64,000 bases of DNA from Octopus sinensis. Lineage: Eukaryota. A program made the translations under genes and the position numbers. The notes beneath the pieces were generated by a model that did no database searches, had not been told where the DNA came from, and saw nothing but the letters and a program-made list of their open reading frames with translations. Each line of letters starts with the position of its first letter. Position 1 is the stretch's first letter. The stretch covers positions 115,134,001 to 115,198,000 of the forward strand of contig NC_042998.1 in assembly GCF_006345805.1 (NCBI RefSeq). Direction: 5' to 3'. Below are positions 25,317 through 38,029 of the stretch, in pieces.

Positions 25317-27337
25317 ATACATATATATGTTTATATGCACGAATATATATGTGTATATATGTACGCAGTATTAAACCTTAAGTGTCTGCACCAATCTGTC
25401 GACCACTTGATATTACAAAACTAAGATCAAGATGATGATTCTTCAATGTCCTTTACATTCGAATATAAGAAAATATTTAATAGTGTTAGGTTAATCATGT
25501 CAGTTAGTGAGCCAGCCAACCAAACACAGACACACGCAATCACACAATCACACGCACATACTACTAAACAATCACACAAATACATATATACATAAACACA
25601 CACAAACAATGCTTGTGTGCACACAGACTTATACAGATATTCGCCACGAATCTTAAGAAAATTTTATCTGAATGATATTCTTCATAACGCTGGTAAAATC
25701 CAAACTGAATTATCTCCCCTCAACATCTCGGTCTGTATCTGACACATGTTGCTGTCAAAAGGTATAAATATCTGTGATAAAAACGATAAATATAAACAAA
25801 ACATATAAAGGGACATAATATATTTCTTTGAGCGTTTGGCACCAGACCAGCTATTTTAAATGAAATACATAAACGATTACATCCACTCCAGTACTTGACT
25901 GGTACTTTATTTTATCGACATCGAAATGAAGAACGGCAGTGCTTATTGTGGTAAAATTTGAGTTCAAAATGTAAAGACCTGGAAGAAATGCCTCTCAACA
26001 TTTTGTCTGCTGCATTAACGATTCTGCCAGCTTACCACAAAGCATTTTATTCGATACTTTAACCACTCTACCATTTCGATACTACATACCATAAGACACC
26101 AAGTTTTTAATACAAATATTTTCAAATGTTCGAATGCTATGCTACTGGTGGTAGTTCTGCATAGCCACAACTTTTAGGCTGAAACATGTAAACCAATGAA
26201 AAAATAACCGTTGATTATAGGTTATCATATAAAAATTCCACACAGAAAAACAAGCGAAACTATTAATGAACAATACAACACTTGAACCCATGCAACTGTT
26301 CTGCTCCTAACAATGGCTTTCTAGATTTTAACATCGCAAGAAGAGTATTGTGTATCAACGTTTTGGTTACTACTAAAGACAACGCAAAAAATAACGATAG
26401 TATAAGCTAAAATCCATTAAAATCAAGATGTCTTCCATACGGGCATTCTATTGGGAACCATAACAAAAGCAAACAACGTTGTCTTGTTTCAGACATTTAA
26501 ATAGGAAAACCATATACGCAAATAATAACCCATGTAATCATTATTACATGGAAGACACTGATATTCTTTGTGCAACAATCTATTTACTCGTCTACCATCC
26601 ACAGAAAATTTAAGTCGCATGCATTTTACAAGTTGATTGTCTTCTGGTATTGTTATGAAAAGCCTATGTATCAGTCGGAATGAGCATATCTCATTCAGTT
26701 ATTTTTCTCCGCATTTCTGTCAGACATTCAAGCTAAAGGTATCATGCAACAAATAGCCTTATATATTTTCAAAATAATAAACCATTGTAAGGCGGTGAGC
26801 TGGAAGAATCTTTAGCATGATGAACAAAACTTTTGCGGTATTTCGTCCCTCTTTACATTCTGAATTGAGTTTTCTCTTTTATTCTTTTGGATATCAAAAA
26901 AAAAAAAAAGTATCAGTTCAGCACCAGAGTCGGTCTAATCGACTCACCCCTCTCCCGAAACTGCTGGCCTTCTACCAAAATTTAAGATAAACATATTAGA
27001 TATTGCAAATCAATCAGCGTCCAATTCGAAGTAGTTGTGTGACCATCAACGTTTGTACTATTTGCTTGATTTTGGCTCTGTTTTAGTTACCATATTTGCC
27101 AACTTTTAAAACTTTTCAAGCTTCATTCATTCCAATTCAACATTTGGTTGAGTATTAAAAATGTTGATCTTTATCACAGAACTTTTTCACTCTATACTAT
27201 TCTTGTGTTGAGCATAACTTATTCGAAAATGTGTCCGTCAGTTCTCACCAATAGAAATCTATACATACATACATACATACATACGTACTAATATAGACAA
27301 ACACACACACACACATATATATACATTTATCTCTCTT

Positions 27338-27372
<35 letters not shown>

Positions 27373-27403
27373 ATCTATATATATATATATATATGAAACT
27401 ATA

Positions 27404-27549
27404 TTTTAGGGTATCTCAGAGATACCACCAGGCTGGAAATAGTAGACAAAACTTGACTCTCTTGGTGTTGTATGAACATTTAATGTGATTTTAGTGTCAA
27501 GTTTTGGCTGATATTTCCAGCGTGATGGTATCTCTTTGATACCCCAAAT
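27404..27549. mobile_element. Hairpin MITE with ~55-bp inverted arms
   Basis: TTTTAGGGTATCTCAGAGATACCACCAGGCTGGAAATAG..CAAAACTTGAC vs GTCAAGTTTTG..TATTTCCAGCGTGATGGTATCTCTTTGATACCCCAAAT. Confidence 0.6.
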
Positions 27550-27774
27550 TATGATTTTAATAAAAATTATTACCTTTTTAGGTTTTTATTCCCATGCTGG
27601 CCACTTGATAAGATTGATATTTAAATTAACGATCTTATCCTTATTTATAAATTTATATATATAGTAAAGTAGAATCAGTAAGTTGTCATAAAAGAATTCA
27701 GAGTTTACAACTTACTGATTGCCCTATGCTATATATATATATCTATCTATCTCTCTCTCTCTCTCTCTTCATAT

Positions 27775-27825
<51 letters not shown>

Positions 27826-28728
27826 CTCTATTTTCATAATATCGAGGTCTTGAGAGTTCCAGATGAACCTACCTCATGGGAAGATGTGCAAATGAGTGTA
27901 GCTACATCACAATCCATTCAACACCAAGTACCATATAATACAGGACGAACTCAGTAATAAAAATGTAGCAAAACGACGCTGCTCCAGCATGGCCACAGCT
28001 TTGAGCTGAAATTCCGAAAAATTTATATATAAAAGAAAGAATTGAATATATACACAACGTACACACACATACGAGTACACGCGCATAAACAAATTTGAAA
28101 GATGTTCTCGTTTCCACGATGAGGTTTCAAGTCTTCAAAAATTTAAAAGTTCGACTCTCAATTAATTTTACATGGTTGAGTGTAGAGCCAGATATTTGTA
28201 ACCTTACGCAATTCTCCTGACGCATTACGTGACAGAGCGGTATTTGTAACTAATACGTACAACATATCCGAACTTAAGCAAATTTTGAATACTTTAACTT
28301 AACTACGAGCCGGAGCCGAAATAAACACACTGGGCTAAGATGTACCAAAACGATTTCGAACTCGAAACCACATGAATTGTTAAATGAAATTCATAACCTC
28401 ACAGATATAACTGCATGTGTGCCGAGGTTGTATGCACGCTTGTCTATGCGGACAAATATACACATTTCTTTAATACATACATACATACATACATACATAC
28501 ATACATACATACATACATACATTCATAAATACGCACACGCACATACACACACCTATACACACACAAACGCACACATAAATATATATTTTTATATTTGTAT
28601 ATGACTACGTATATTTGTCTATACAAATGTTTATATATATTTACACATACACACACGTATCACACAAACATACACATATAGATATAAATATGTGTATACA
28701 TACATATATAGTTACATACATACACATA

Positions 28729-28766
<38 letters not shown>

Positions 28767-29972
28767 ATAGACATATTTGTCTTTCAAAAGTAGGAATGCA
28801 GCAACTGTCCTATTTCATTAACATATCCTATCATATTGTTAAGTCTGAAATCATCACTTTTGCTGGGGAAACTCCAGTTATCCTATTATTTCCTCTAATT
28901 ACAATAAATAATTTCCGACAGCCCATTAACTGTAGATTATTCAAGAAAACTACTTCATAATGCATACGCACATTACTCAGTATGCAAATGTATGCAAATG
29001 TGCATAAACACACGCATATATGTTCAAATGCATTGAAAATATGCCAATAATATAAAAAAAAAAATTTTCATCGTATTGTTTAGCACATGGCTACATATAG
29101 TCATATCTCTCACTTTCTTTTCAAAATACATGTATATATATATATACACACATATATATACATATATATATCGATATGAATACTTATACATACATACATA
29201 CGTATACATATATATATATATATAAATCTTTGCATATATTACATATTTACATATACATAGAGGTATTTACATTACAAAAATACGCTTAAAGATAAGCTAA
29301 ACTAAATACTTACCATTGTACCTGTACATTTGTATACATCTTATAACCATTCTTGTAAATGAAATGTCATGTTTATATAAGTTACATATGTAGTAATTTA
29401 CAAGAATAATAAAATATATATTTGGATTTTACTTTAAGCATCGAAATTCTGTTTTATACATATATTCTCTTTGTCCGTATTGTTATTTTACGTACAACAA
29501 TTTTGTAATTTCATGTTTCTTGTCTGAGCAGATACAGGCAGACTAATATAGATTTATATTTGACTCACGGGATTAGAAAGGAAATAATGACGAAACGCAT
29601 TAAGATATAAACGTTTAAATGTTTGTATGTTATATACGTGTTTATGTATGTATGTATGTATGTATGTATGTATGTATGTATGTATGTATGTATGTATGTA
29701 TGTATGTATGTATGTATGTATGTATGTATCTATGTATAGAAATACTAATACCAATATTTGTATATTTTATAATATTTAAATCGTTGTCTGTCTCCTTACA
29801 TGTAATTATACGTTTTATGAATTGTATTTTAAACACTATACGTCTATGAAAATATTTTCTCTCAGACGAAATCAACTGCATCATTCTTTCAGATAATGGC
29901 TTATATACTGTAGATATGGTATCACTATAAATACATATGAATGTGTGCGTATATACACATACATTTATATAT

Positions 29973-30023
<51 letters not shown>

Positions 30024-31812
30024 ATAATATGTATATTATATATATTATATATATATATATATGAGTGTATATATATATATCTATATACGTACATAGATAT
30101 ATTATTAATGCATACATAAATACATATTTGTAAATTTTAAAGATGCTTTCCTTTATAACCCTGTTATCAGTTAGGTTGACGGTCTAAATTTACTCTAAAT
30201 GAAGAAGAGAAAGAGAACATACATACATAAACTATTGCAAAAAAAGGCAAAAAAAAAAAGAAACAACTTGTATAAACATTGAAATCTTAAATTAATTTTC
30301 AGCACATAAAACCTGGCGAAATTTCACTATTAATGCAGTAGTATTTCAATACCCAATTGCAGTGAATCTTTATCGTTACACTGTTGCATGTGTTTATCCT
30401 AATCGTTGCCCTGTTAAATGCGTTTATCTTAAACATTCGATAAGAAATAAAGATACACGAATTGTGCGGCGGCTGATCAAACCAGTTTGCAAAATATTCA
30501 TACTAACTTCTGTAAAACACTATTTATCCTTACGCTGTTGAATTCAGAGACGATCATCAGCTTGTATGAATATCATTACTTAGGCTTATTTAGATACCAG
30601 CTCGTGAGAATGAATGTCCGGGCAGATGACTAGGGCTTAATATTCGAAGGGATGAAGCGCATTATCATAAGATAAAGCGCAATACCATAAAATAAAGCGC
30701 ATTATCACAAGGAAAATATGTCTACCAAACTGTGAGCTTCATTTAGGCAAATGTATTTTCGTTGGGGAGAGAGTTTATATTCTGTTTAATTTCATAATTT
30801 TTTTAATATTCGTATTAGAACTGCACGAATGTTCGAAATTCTAACTGAGAAAATAAACAGTGTTTATACAATCCAAGGTTCAACCACAGCAAATAGTAAA
30901 TACTAAGTACCATGGAATACATATTGCATTCCCTCTGAGCAATTCTTATATTATCAACTAATGCAAGCCTACTCAGGCCAAATTACTGTGCTGAAAGTAT
31001 TCAAATTCTTTAATCTCTGCTCGTCTTTATCTCTCTCTCCTCTCTCTCCCTCTCTCTCTCTCCCTCCTCTCTAACTTTGGGAGCCTTTTCCTCTTAATGT
31101 TCTCTCTTCATTTCATTAAAGCAAATTTACTTAATTTCTTTCTCAATCACTCTCACTCTTTATATCACAACCTTCTCTATTTCTTGTCTATTTCTACTCA
31201 CTTTTCAATTATAGCAACTTTCCTTATTACCTCTTCAGTATTCTCTTTTCCTTTCTGTTAGTAAAATCTCTATCTCTCCCTTTGCCTCTTTATGGTATTC
31301 AATCATTCCCTTTCTATTCCACTCACTGTATATTTCTATCTTTTTCTTGACTCCCAGAAGCTATCTTTTTTATGTCAAAACAATGCTTACCTCCCTTATA
31401 TCACGGAAGTTCTCTTCCCACCCACGTTTGTAAATGACTCCTTACTCTATCACTAATGCTCAGTTTTCTCATTATTATCACCCACTCTCATGTAGTTTCT
31501 ACGAATATCTCGGGCCATTCATTGAAGTTTACAGAAAATTGGCTGCAATGTTAATCTCTGTAGATTTGCTGCCGGGTATAAATGACATAAGCTATTAGTG
31601 TGTACATACAAGTTGTGTGAAATGAAGCATTTAGTCTTCCGGTCGGTGTAAATGCAATGAAAGCTGGTCTGATGATAAATAAACATGCTGAAGTATACGT
31701 ATGTGTTTGAAAAGCTTAAATGCTTAGTTAATCATAGTGTGTTATGATTTCGACAAATACACACAAATGCAAGTACAGACTGACACTCGCGGGTACACAC
31801 ACACACAGACAC

Positions 31813-31849
<37 letters not shown>

Positions 31850-31908
31850 CACATTTACAAACATATATATACATATATATACACATACACACACACACAT
31901 ATATATAT

Positions 31909-31979
<71 letters not shown>

Positions 31980-32577
31980 ATAGAGGGCATTATTACACAT
32001 AAATGCCTCACACTAGGAGGGACAAAGTCATTACTACCAAAATTATACTAATCATACCCAAATGCAGTTTTTCAAAGCAAGACATTTAAAAAAATGAATT
32101 TAGTTCTGTATCACCGTGATTCACATTCAACTTTACGTCTAATGATCGTCAGCAGAACTGATTCTGAATACATCATAAATAAACTACCAACCTTACGTAG
32201 CGAAGACAAACAGACAACTGCTCACTCCGGCCAAGCACATGGATGTTTATAAATCAATATCCGGTAAATGGCGGGTTTTGTACGAACTGCATGTCGGGTA
32301 ATGAAAAGTATTCGGAATAAGTTTAACAATAAGGATAATCTCTTAATAAGGGATCTTAACAAGAAATATCGGGTAGCTAGCGTGAAAACCTCGTAAAAGA
32401 AAAGAATTCGAAAATAATTTTTTTCTTTTGAACAAATTAATTATATCTATATTGTATAGAGGGCATTATTACACATAAATGCCTCACACTAGGAGGGACA
32501 AAGTCAATACTACCAAAATTATACTAATCATACCCAAATGCAGTTTTTCAAAGCAAGACATTTAAAAAAATGAATTT

Positions 32578-32636
32578 AGTTCTGTATCACCGTGATTTCA
32601 CATTCAACTTTACGTCTAATGATCGTCAGCAGAACT
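32578..32636 (-). ncRNA. Type I hammerhead ribozyme in array unit (representative - strand copy; others at 32102-32159 and 33060-33118)
   Basis: Reverse complement of the same motif (plus strand reads AGTTCTGTATCACCGTGATTTCACATTCAACTTTACGTCTAATGATCGTCAGCAGAACT). The 32102 copy lacks one T (GAA instead of GAAA). Confidence 0.85.
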
Positions 32637-33843
32637 GATTCTGAATACATCATAAATAAACTACCAACCTTACGTAGCGAAGACAAACAGACAACTGCTC
32701 ACTCCGGCCAAGCACATGGAATGTTTATAAATCATATATCCGGTAAATGGCGGGCTTTTTTACGAACTGCATGTCGGGTAATGAAAAGTATTCGGAATAA
32801 GTTTAACAATTAAGGATAATCTCTTAATAAGGGATCTTAACAAGAAATTATCGGGTAGCTAGCGTGAAAACCTCGTAAAAGAAAAGAATTCGAAAATAAT
32901 TTTTTTCTTTTGAACAAATTAATTATATCTATATTGTATAGAGGGCATTATTACACATAAATGCCTCACACTAGGAGGGACAAAGTCATTACTACCAAAA
33001 TTATACTAATCATACCCAAATGCAGTTTTTCAAAGCAAGACATTTAAAAAAATGAATTTAGTTCTGTATCACCGTGATTTCACATTCAACTTTACGTCTA
33101 ATGATCGTCAGCAGAACTGATTCTGAATACATCATAAATAAACTACCAACCTTACGTAGCGAAGACAAACAGACAGCTGCTCACTCCGGCCAAGCACATG
33201 GAATGTTTATAAATCATATATCCGGTAAATGGCGGGCTTTTTTACGAACTGCATGTCGGGTAATGAAAAGTATTTCGGAATAAGTTTAACAATTAAGGAT
33301 AATCTCTTAATAAGGGATCTTAACAAGAATTATCGGGTAGCTAGCGTGAAAACCTCGTAAAACAAAAGAATTCGAAAATATTTTTTTCTTTTGAACAAAT
33401 TAATTATATCTATATTGTATAGAGCATTATTACACATAAATGCCTCACACTAGGAGGACAAAGTCATTACTACCAAAATTATACTAATCATACCAAATGC
33501 AGTTTTTCAAAGCAAGACATTTAAAAAAATGAATTTAGTTCTATACAATATAGATATAATTAATTTGTTCAAAAGAAAAAAATTATTTTCGAATTCTTTT
33601 CTTTTACGAGGTTTTCACGCTAGCTACCCGATAATTTCTTGTTAAGATCCCTTATTAAGAGATTATCCTAATTGTTAAACTTATTCCGAAATACTTTTCA
33701 TTACCCGACATGCAGTTCGTAAAAAGCCCGCCATTTACCGGATATATGATTTATAAACATTCCATGTGCTTGGCCGGAGTGAGCAGTTGTCTGTTTGTCT
33801 TCGCTACGTAGGTTGGTAGTTTATTTATGATGTATTCAGAATC

Positions 33844-33902
33844 AGTTCTGCTGACGATCATTAGACGTAAAGTTGAATGTGAAATCACGGTGATACAGAA
33901 CT
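33844..33902 (+). ncRNA. Type I hammerhead ribozyme in array unit (representative + strand copy; others at ~34324, 34801, 35285, 35763, 36243, 36724)
   Basis: Stem I AGTTCTG(33844-50)/CAGAACT(33896-902); core CTGACGA (33851-57); stem II CATT/AATG plus GAC/GTT with a U.U pair at its base; GAA-A; stem III ATCA-cgg-TGAT; cleavage triplet AUA, predicted cut after 33895. The copy at 36243 has deletions in stem III and the cleavage site. Confidence 0.85.
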
Positions 33903-36900
33903 AAATTCATTTTTAAAGTCTTGCTTGATTTGAAAAACTGCATTGGGTATGATTAGTATAATTTTGGTAGTAATGACTTTGTCCCTCCTAGTGTGAGGCA
34001 TTTATGTGTAATAATGCCTCTATACAATATAGATATAATTAATTTGTTCAAAAGAAAAAAATTATTTTCGAATTCTTTTCTTTTACGAGGTTTTCACGCT
34101 AGCTACCCGATAATTTCTTGTTAAGATCCCTTATTAAGAGATTATCCTTAATTGTTAAACTTATTCGAAATACTTTTCATTACCCGACATGCAGTTCGTA
34201 AAAAAGCCCGCCATTTACCGGATATATGATGTATAAACATCCATGTGCTTGGCCGGAGTGAGCAGTTGTCTGTTTGTCTTCGCTACGTAAGGTTGGTAGT
34301 TTATTTATGATGTATTCAGAATCAGTTCTGCTGACGATCATTAGACGTAAAGTTGAATGTGAAATCACGGTGATACAGAACTAAATTCATTTTTTTTAAA
34401 TGTCTTGCTTTGAAAAATGCATTTTGGTATGATTAGTATAATTTTGGTAGTAATGACTTTGTCCCTCCAGTGTGAGGCATTTATGTGTAATAATGCCTCT
34501 ATTACAATATAGATATAATTAATTTGTTCAAAAGAAAAAAATTATTTTCGAATTCTTTTCTTTTACGAGGTTTTCACGCTAGCTACCCGATAATTTCTTG
34601 TTAAGATCCCTTATTAAGAGATTATCCTTAATTGTTAAACTTATTCCGAAATACTTTTCATTACCCGACATGCAGTTCGTAAAAAAGCCCGCCATTTACC
34701 GGATATATGATTATAAATTCCATGTGCTTGGCCGGAGTGAGCAGTTGTCTGTTGTCTTCGCTACGTAGGTTGGTAGTTTATTTATGATGTATTCAGAATC
34801 AGTTCTGCTGACGATCATTAGACGTAAAGTTGAATGTGAAATCACGGTGATACAGAACTAAATTCATTTTTTTAAATGTCTTGCTTTGAAAAACTGCATT
34901 TGGGTATGATTAGTATAATTTTGGTAGTAGTAATGACTTTGTCCCTCCTAGTGTGAGGCATTTATGTGTAATAATGCCCTCTATACAATATAGATATAAT
35001 TAATTTGTTCAAAAGAAAAAAATTATTTTCGAATTCTTTTCTTTTACGAGGTTTTCACGCTAGCTACCCGATAATTTCTTGTTAAGATCCCTTATTAAGA
35101 GATTATCCTTAATTGTTAAACTTATTCCGAAATACTTTTCATTACCCGACATGCAGTTCGTAAAAAGCCCGCCATTTACCGGATATATGATTTATAAACA
35201 TTCCATGTGCTTGGCGGAGTGAGCAGTTGTCTGTTTGTCTTCGCTACGTAAGGTTGGTAGTTTATTTATGATGTATTCAGAATCAGTCTGCTGACGATCA
35301 TTAGACGTAAAGTTGAATGTGAAATCACGGTGATACAGAACTAAATTCATTTTTTTAAATGTTTTGCTTTGAAAAACTGCATTTGGGTATGATTAGTATA
35401 ATTTTGGTAGTAATGACTTTGTCCCTCCTAGTGTGAGGCATTTATGTGTAATAATGCCCTCTATACAATATAGATATAATTAATTTGTTCAAAAGAAAAA
35501 ATTATTTTCGAATTCTTTTCTTTTACAGGTTTTCACGCTAGCTACCCGATAATTTCTTGTTAAGATCCTTATTAAGAGATTATCCTTAATTGTTTTAAAC
35601 TTATTCCGAATACTTTTCATTACCCGACATGCAGTTCGTAAAAAAGCCCGCCATTTACCGGATATATGATTTAAAACATTCCATGTGCTTGGCCGGAGTG
35701 AGCAGTTGTCTGTTGTCTTCGCTACGTAAGGTTGGTAGTTTATTTATGATGTATTCAGAATCAGTTCTGCTGACGATCATTAGACGTAAGTTGAATGTGA
35801 AATCACGGTGATACAGAACTAAATTCATTTTTTTAAATGTCTTGCTTTGAAAAACTGCATTGGGTATGATTAGTATAATTTTGGTAGTAATGACTTTGTC
35901 CCTCCTAGTGTGAGGATTTAGTGTAATAATGCCCTCTATACAATATAGATATAATTAATTTGTTCAGTTCAAAGAAAAAAATTATTTTCGAATTCTTTTC
36001 TTTTACGAGGTTTTCACGCTAGCTACCCGATAATTTCTTGTTAAGATCCCTTATTAAGAGATTATCCTTAATGTTAAACTTATTCCGAAATACTTTTCAT
36101 TACCCGACATGCAGTTCGTAAAAAAGCCCGCCATTTACCGGATATATGATTTATAAACATTCCATGTGCTTGGCCGGAGTGAGCAGTTGTCTGTTTGTCT
36201 TCGCTACGTAAGGTTGGTAGTTATTTATGATGATTCAGAATCAGTTCTGCTGACGATCATTAGACGTAAAGTTGAATGTGAAATCACGTGAACAGAACTA
36301 AATTCATTTTTTTAAATGTCTTGCTTTGAAAAACTGCATTTGGGTATGATTAGTATAATTTTGGTAGTAATGACTTTGTCCCTCCTAGTGTGAGGCATTT
36401 ATGTGTAATAATGCCCTCTATACAATATAGATATAATTAATTTGTTCAAAAGAAAAAAATTATTTTCGATTCTTTTCTTTTACGAGGTTTTCACGCTAGC
36501 TACCCGATAATTTCTTGTTAAGATCCCTTATTAAGAGATTATCCCTAATTGTTAAACTTATTCCGAAATACTTTTCATTACCCGACATGCATTTCGTAAA
36601 AAAGCCGCCATTTACCGGATATATGATTTATAAACATTCCATGTGCTTGGCCGGAGTAGTGAGCAGTTTCTGTTTGTCTTCGCTACGTAAGGTTGGTAGT
36701 TTATTTATGATGTATTCAGAATCAGTTCTGCTGACGATCATTAGACGTAAAGTTGAATGTGAAATCACGGTGATACAGAACTAAATTCATTTTTTTAAAT
36801 GTCTTGCTTTGAAAAACTGCATTTGGGTATGATTAGTATAATTTTGGTAGTAATGACTTTGTCCCTCCTAGTGTGAGGCATTTATGTGTAATAATGCCCT

Positions 36901-37037
36901 CTATACAATATAGATATAATTAATTGTTCAAAAGAAAAAAATTATTTTCGAATTCTTTTCTTTTACGAGGTTTTCACGCTAGCTACCGATAATTCTTGTT
37001 AAGATCCCTTATTAAGAGATTATCCTTAATTGTTAAA

Positions 37038-37083
<46 letters not shown>

Positions 37084-37143
37084 TATATACATATATATAT
37101 AATATAATATAATATATAATATATATATATATATATACAACAC

Positions 37144-37185
<42 letters not shown>

Positions 37186-37188
37186 TAT

Positions 37189-37230
<42 letters not shown>

Positions 37231-37707
37231 TATACACCACACACCAATATATATATATATATAGTATATAATATTATACATATACATACTTTTATATATA
37301 TATGTTGTGTTGTGTGTGCATGTGCATATATGTATGTATATATATCGTCTATCACCACTTAAACATTGTTCAGCCGTAGGAACCGACCTTACTGCTATTT
37401 TTAACCCCAAGAGGACACCTCCTCCAGGTGGTTATTCAATGCAATCTGCACACGATATATTTTTGGAAGTAGAGGAGTAAATATCTACTACTGCCAGCCA
37501 CGAGACCACCACACGGTTTCAAACTTTTGTGGAAGATACACGTACACTAGCGATGGCAGTAGTTCACTCAAGCTCGCAATATATAGAAAAATGCTTAAGT
37601 GGCTATAAACTTTACTTCTCAGTATGGTTACTGCTTTCATCTTTTACGGAGATTTTCTCAACTAGCTAATTTGTTTATATATAATATATAACCACATTGA
37701 TGGAAGA

Positions 37708-38000
37708 TCTGCTCTCATGGCTTCTGATCTTAACTGATTGGAAGTGTTATCATGTACATTGTTTTGTGTTGGTATAAAAGATGGCCTACAGCAAATATTC
37801 TGGTCAATACCACAAATTTGCTTGTCATTTGCTTGACCTTAAACAGTTGAGCATGTCCCTTGGTAGCTGATGATATGTGCGTCTCTGATCACGAGCAGAA
37901 GTAGTAGCGGAGCATCATAGCCATGTGTTGAGAGAAATTCTTTGGGGGTTTGGATAATTCACCTTCGGAAACATGGGTGTTTCGTTCAACATCCTTAAAC
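37708..38000. mobile_element. Interspersed repeat fragment fused to the tail of the 14722-type element
   Basis: AAACAAGATGCGGACAAATATCCGTCAAATGTAAATAA (~38000-38040) matches the tail at 15195-15232. The upstream part is complex sequence sandwiched between other repeats. Confidence 0.4.
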
Positions 38001-38029
38001 AAACAAGATGCGGACAAATATCCGTCAAA

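Larger units (their letters stand above)
31974..37040. repeat. ~480-bp tandem repeat (satellite/retrozyme-like array): 10 full units + 2 partial units in two inverted blocks
   Basis: Left block unit starts (TATTGTATAGAG) at 31974, 32450, 32932, 33413 (partial to 33542). Right block, opposite orientation, unit starts (CTATACAATA) at 33541, 34020, 34499, 34981, 35461, 35936, 36418, 36901 (partial to ~37040). Copies differ mainly by 1-nt indels. Both ends abut (TA)n. Confidence 0.98.

Noticed and set aside
31663-31725. CTGATGA...GAAA-AGCTT candidate
   Set aside because: Stem I cannot form and stem II is weak; likely a chance match.
32592-32813. 73-aa ORF MISHSTLRL... repeated in each array unit
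   Set aside because: It lies antisense to the ribozyme strand, is broken by indels in several copies and has no recognisable motif.
31974-37040. CRISPR array or rDNA/5S/tRNA tandem cluster interpretation
   Set aside because: There are no unique spacers and no tRNA/5S/rRNA sequence or fold; the units are whole-length repeats.
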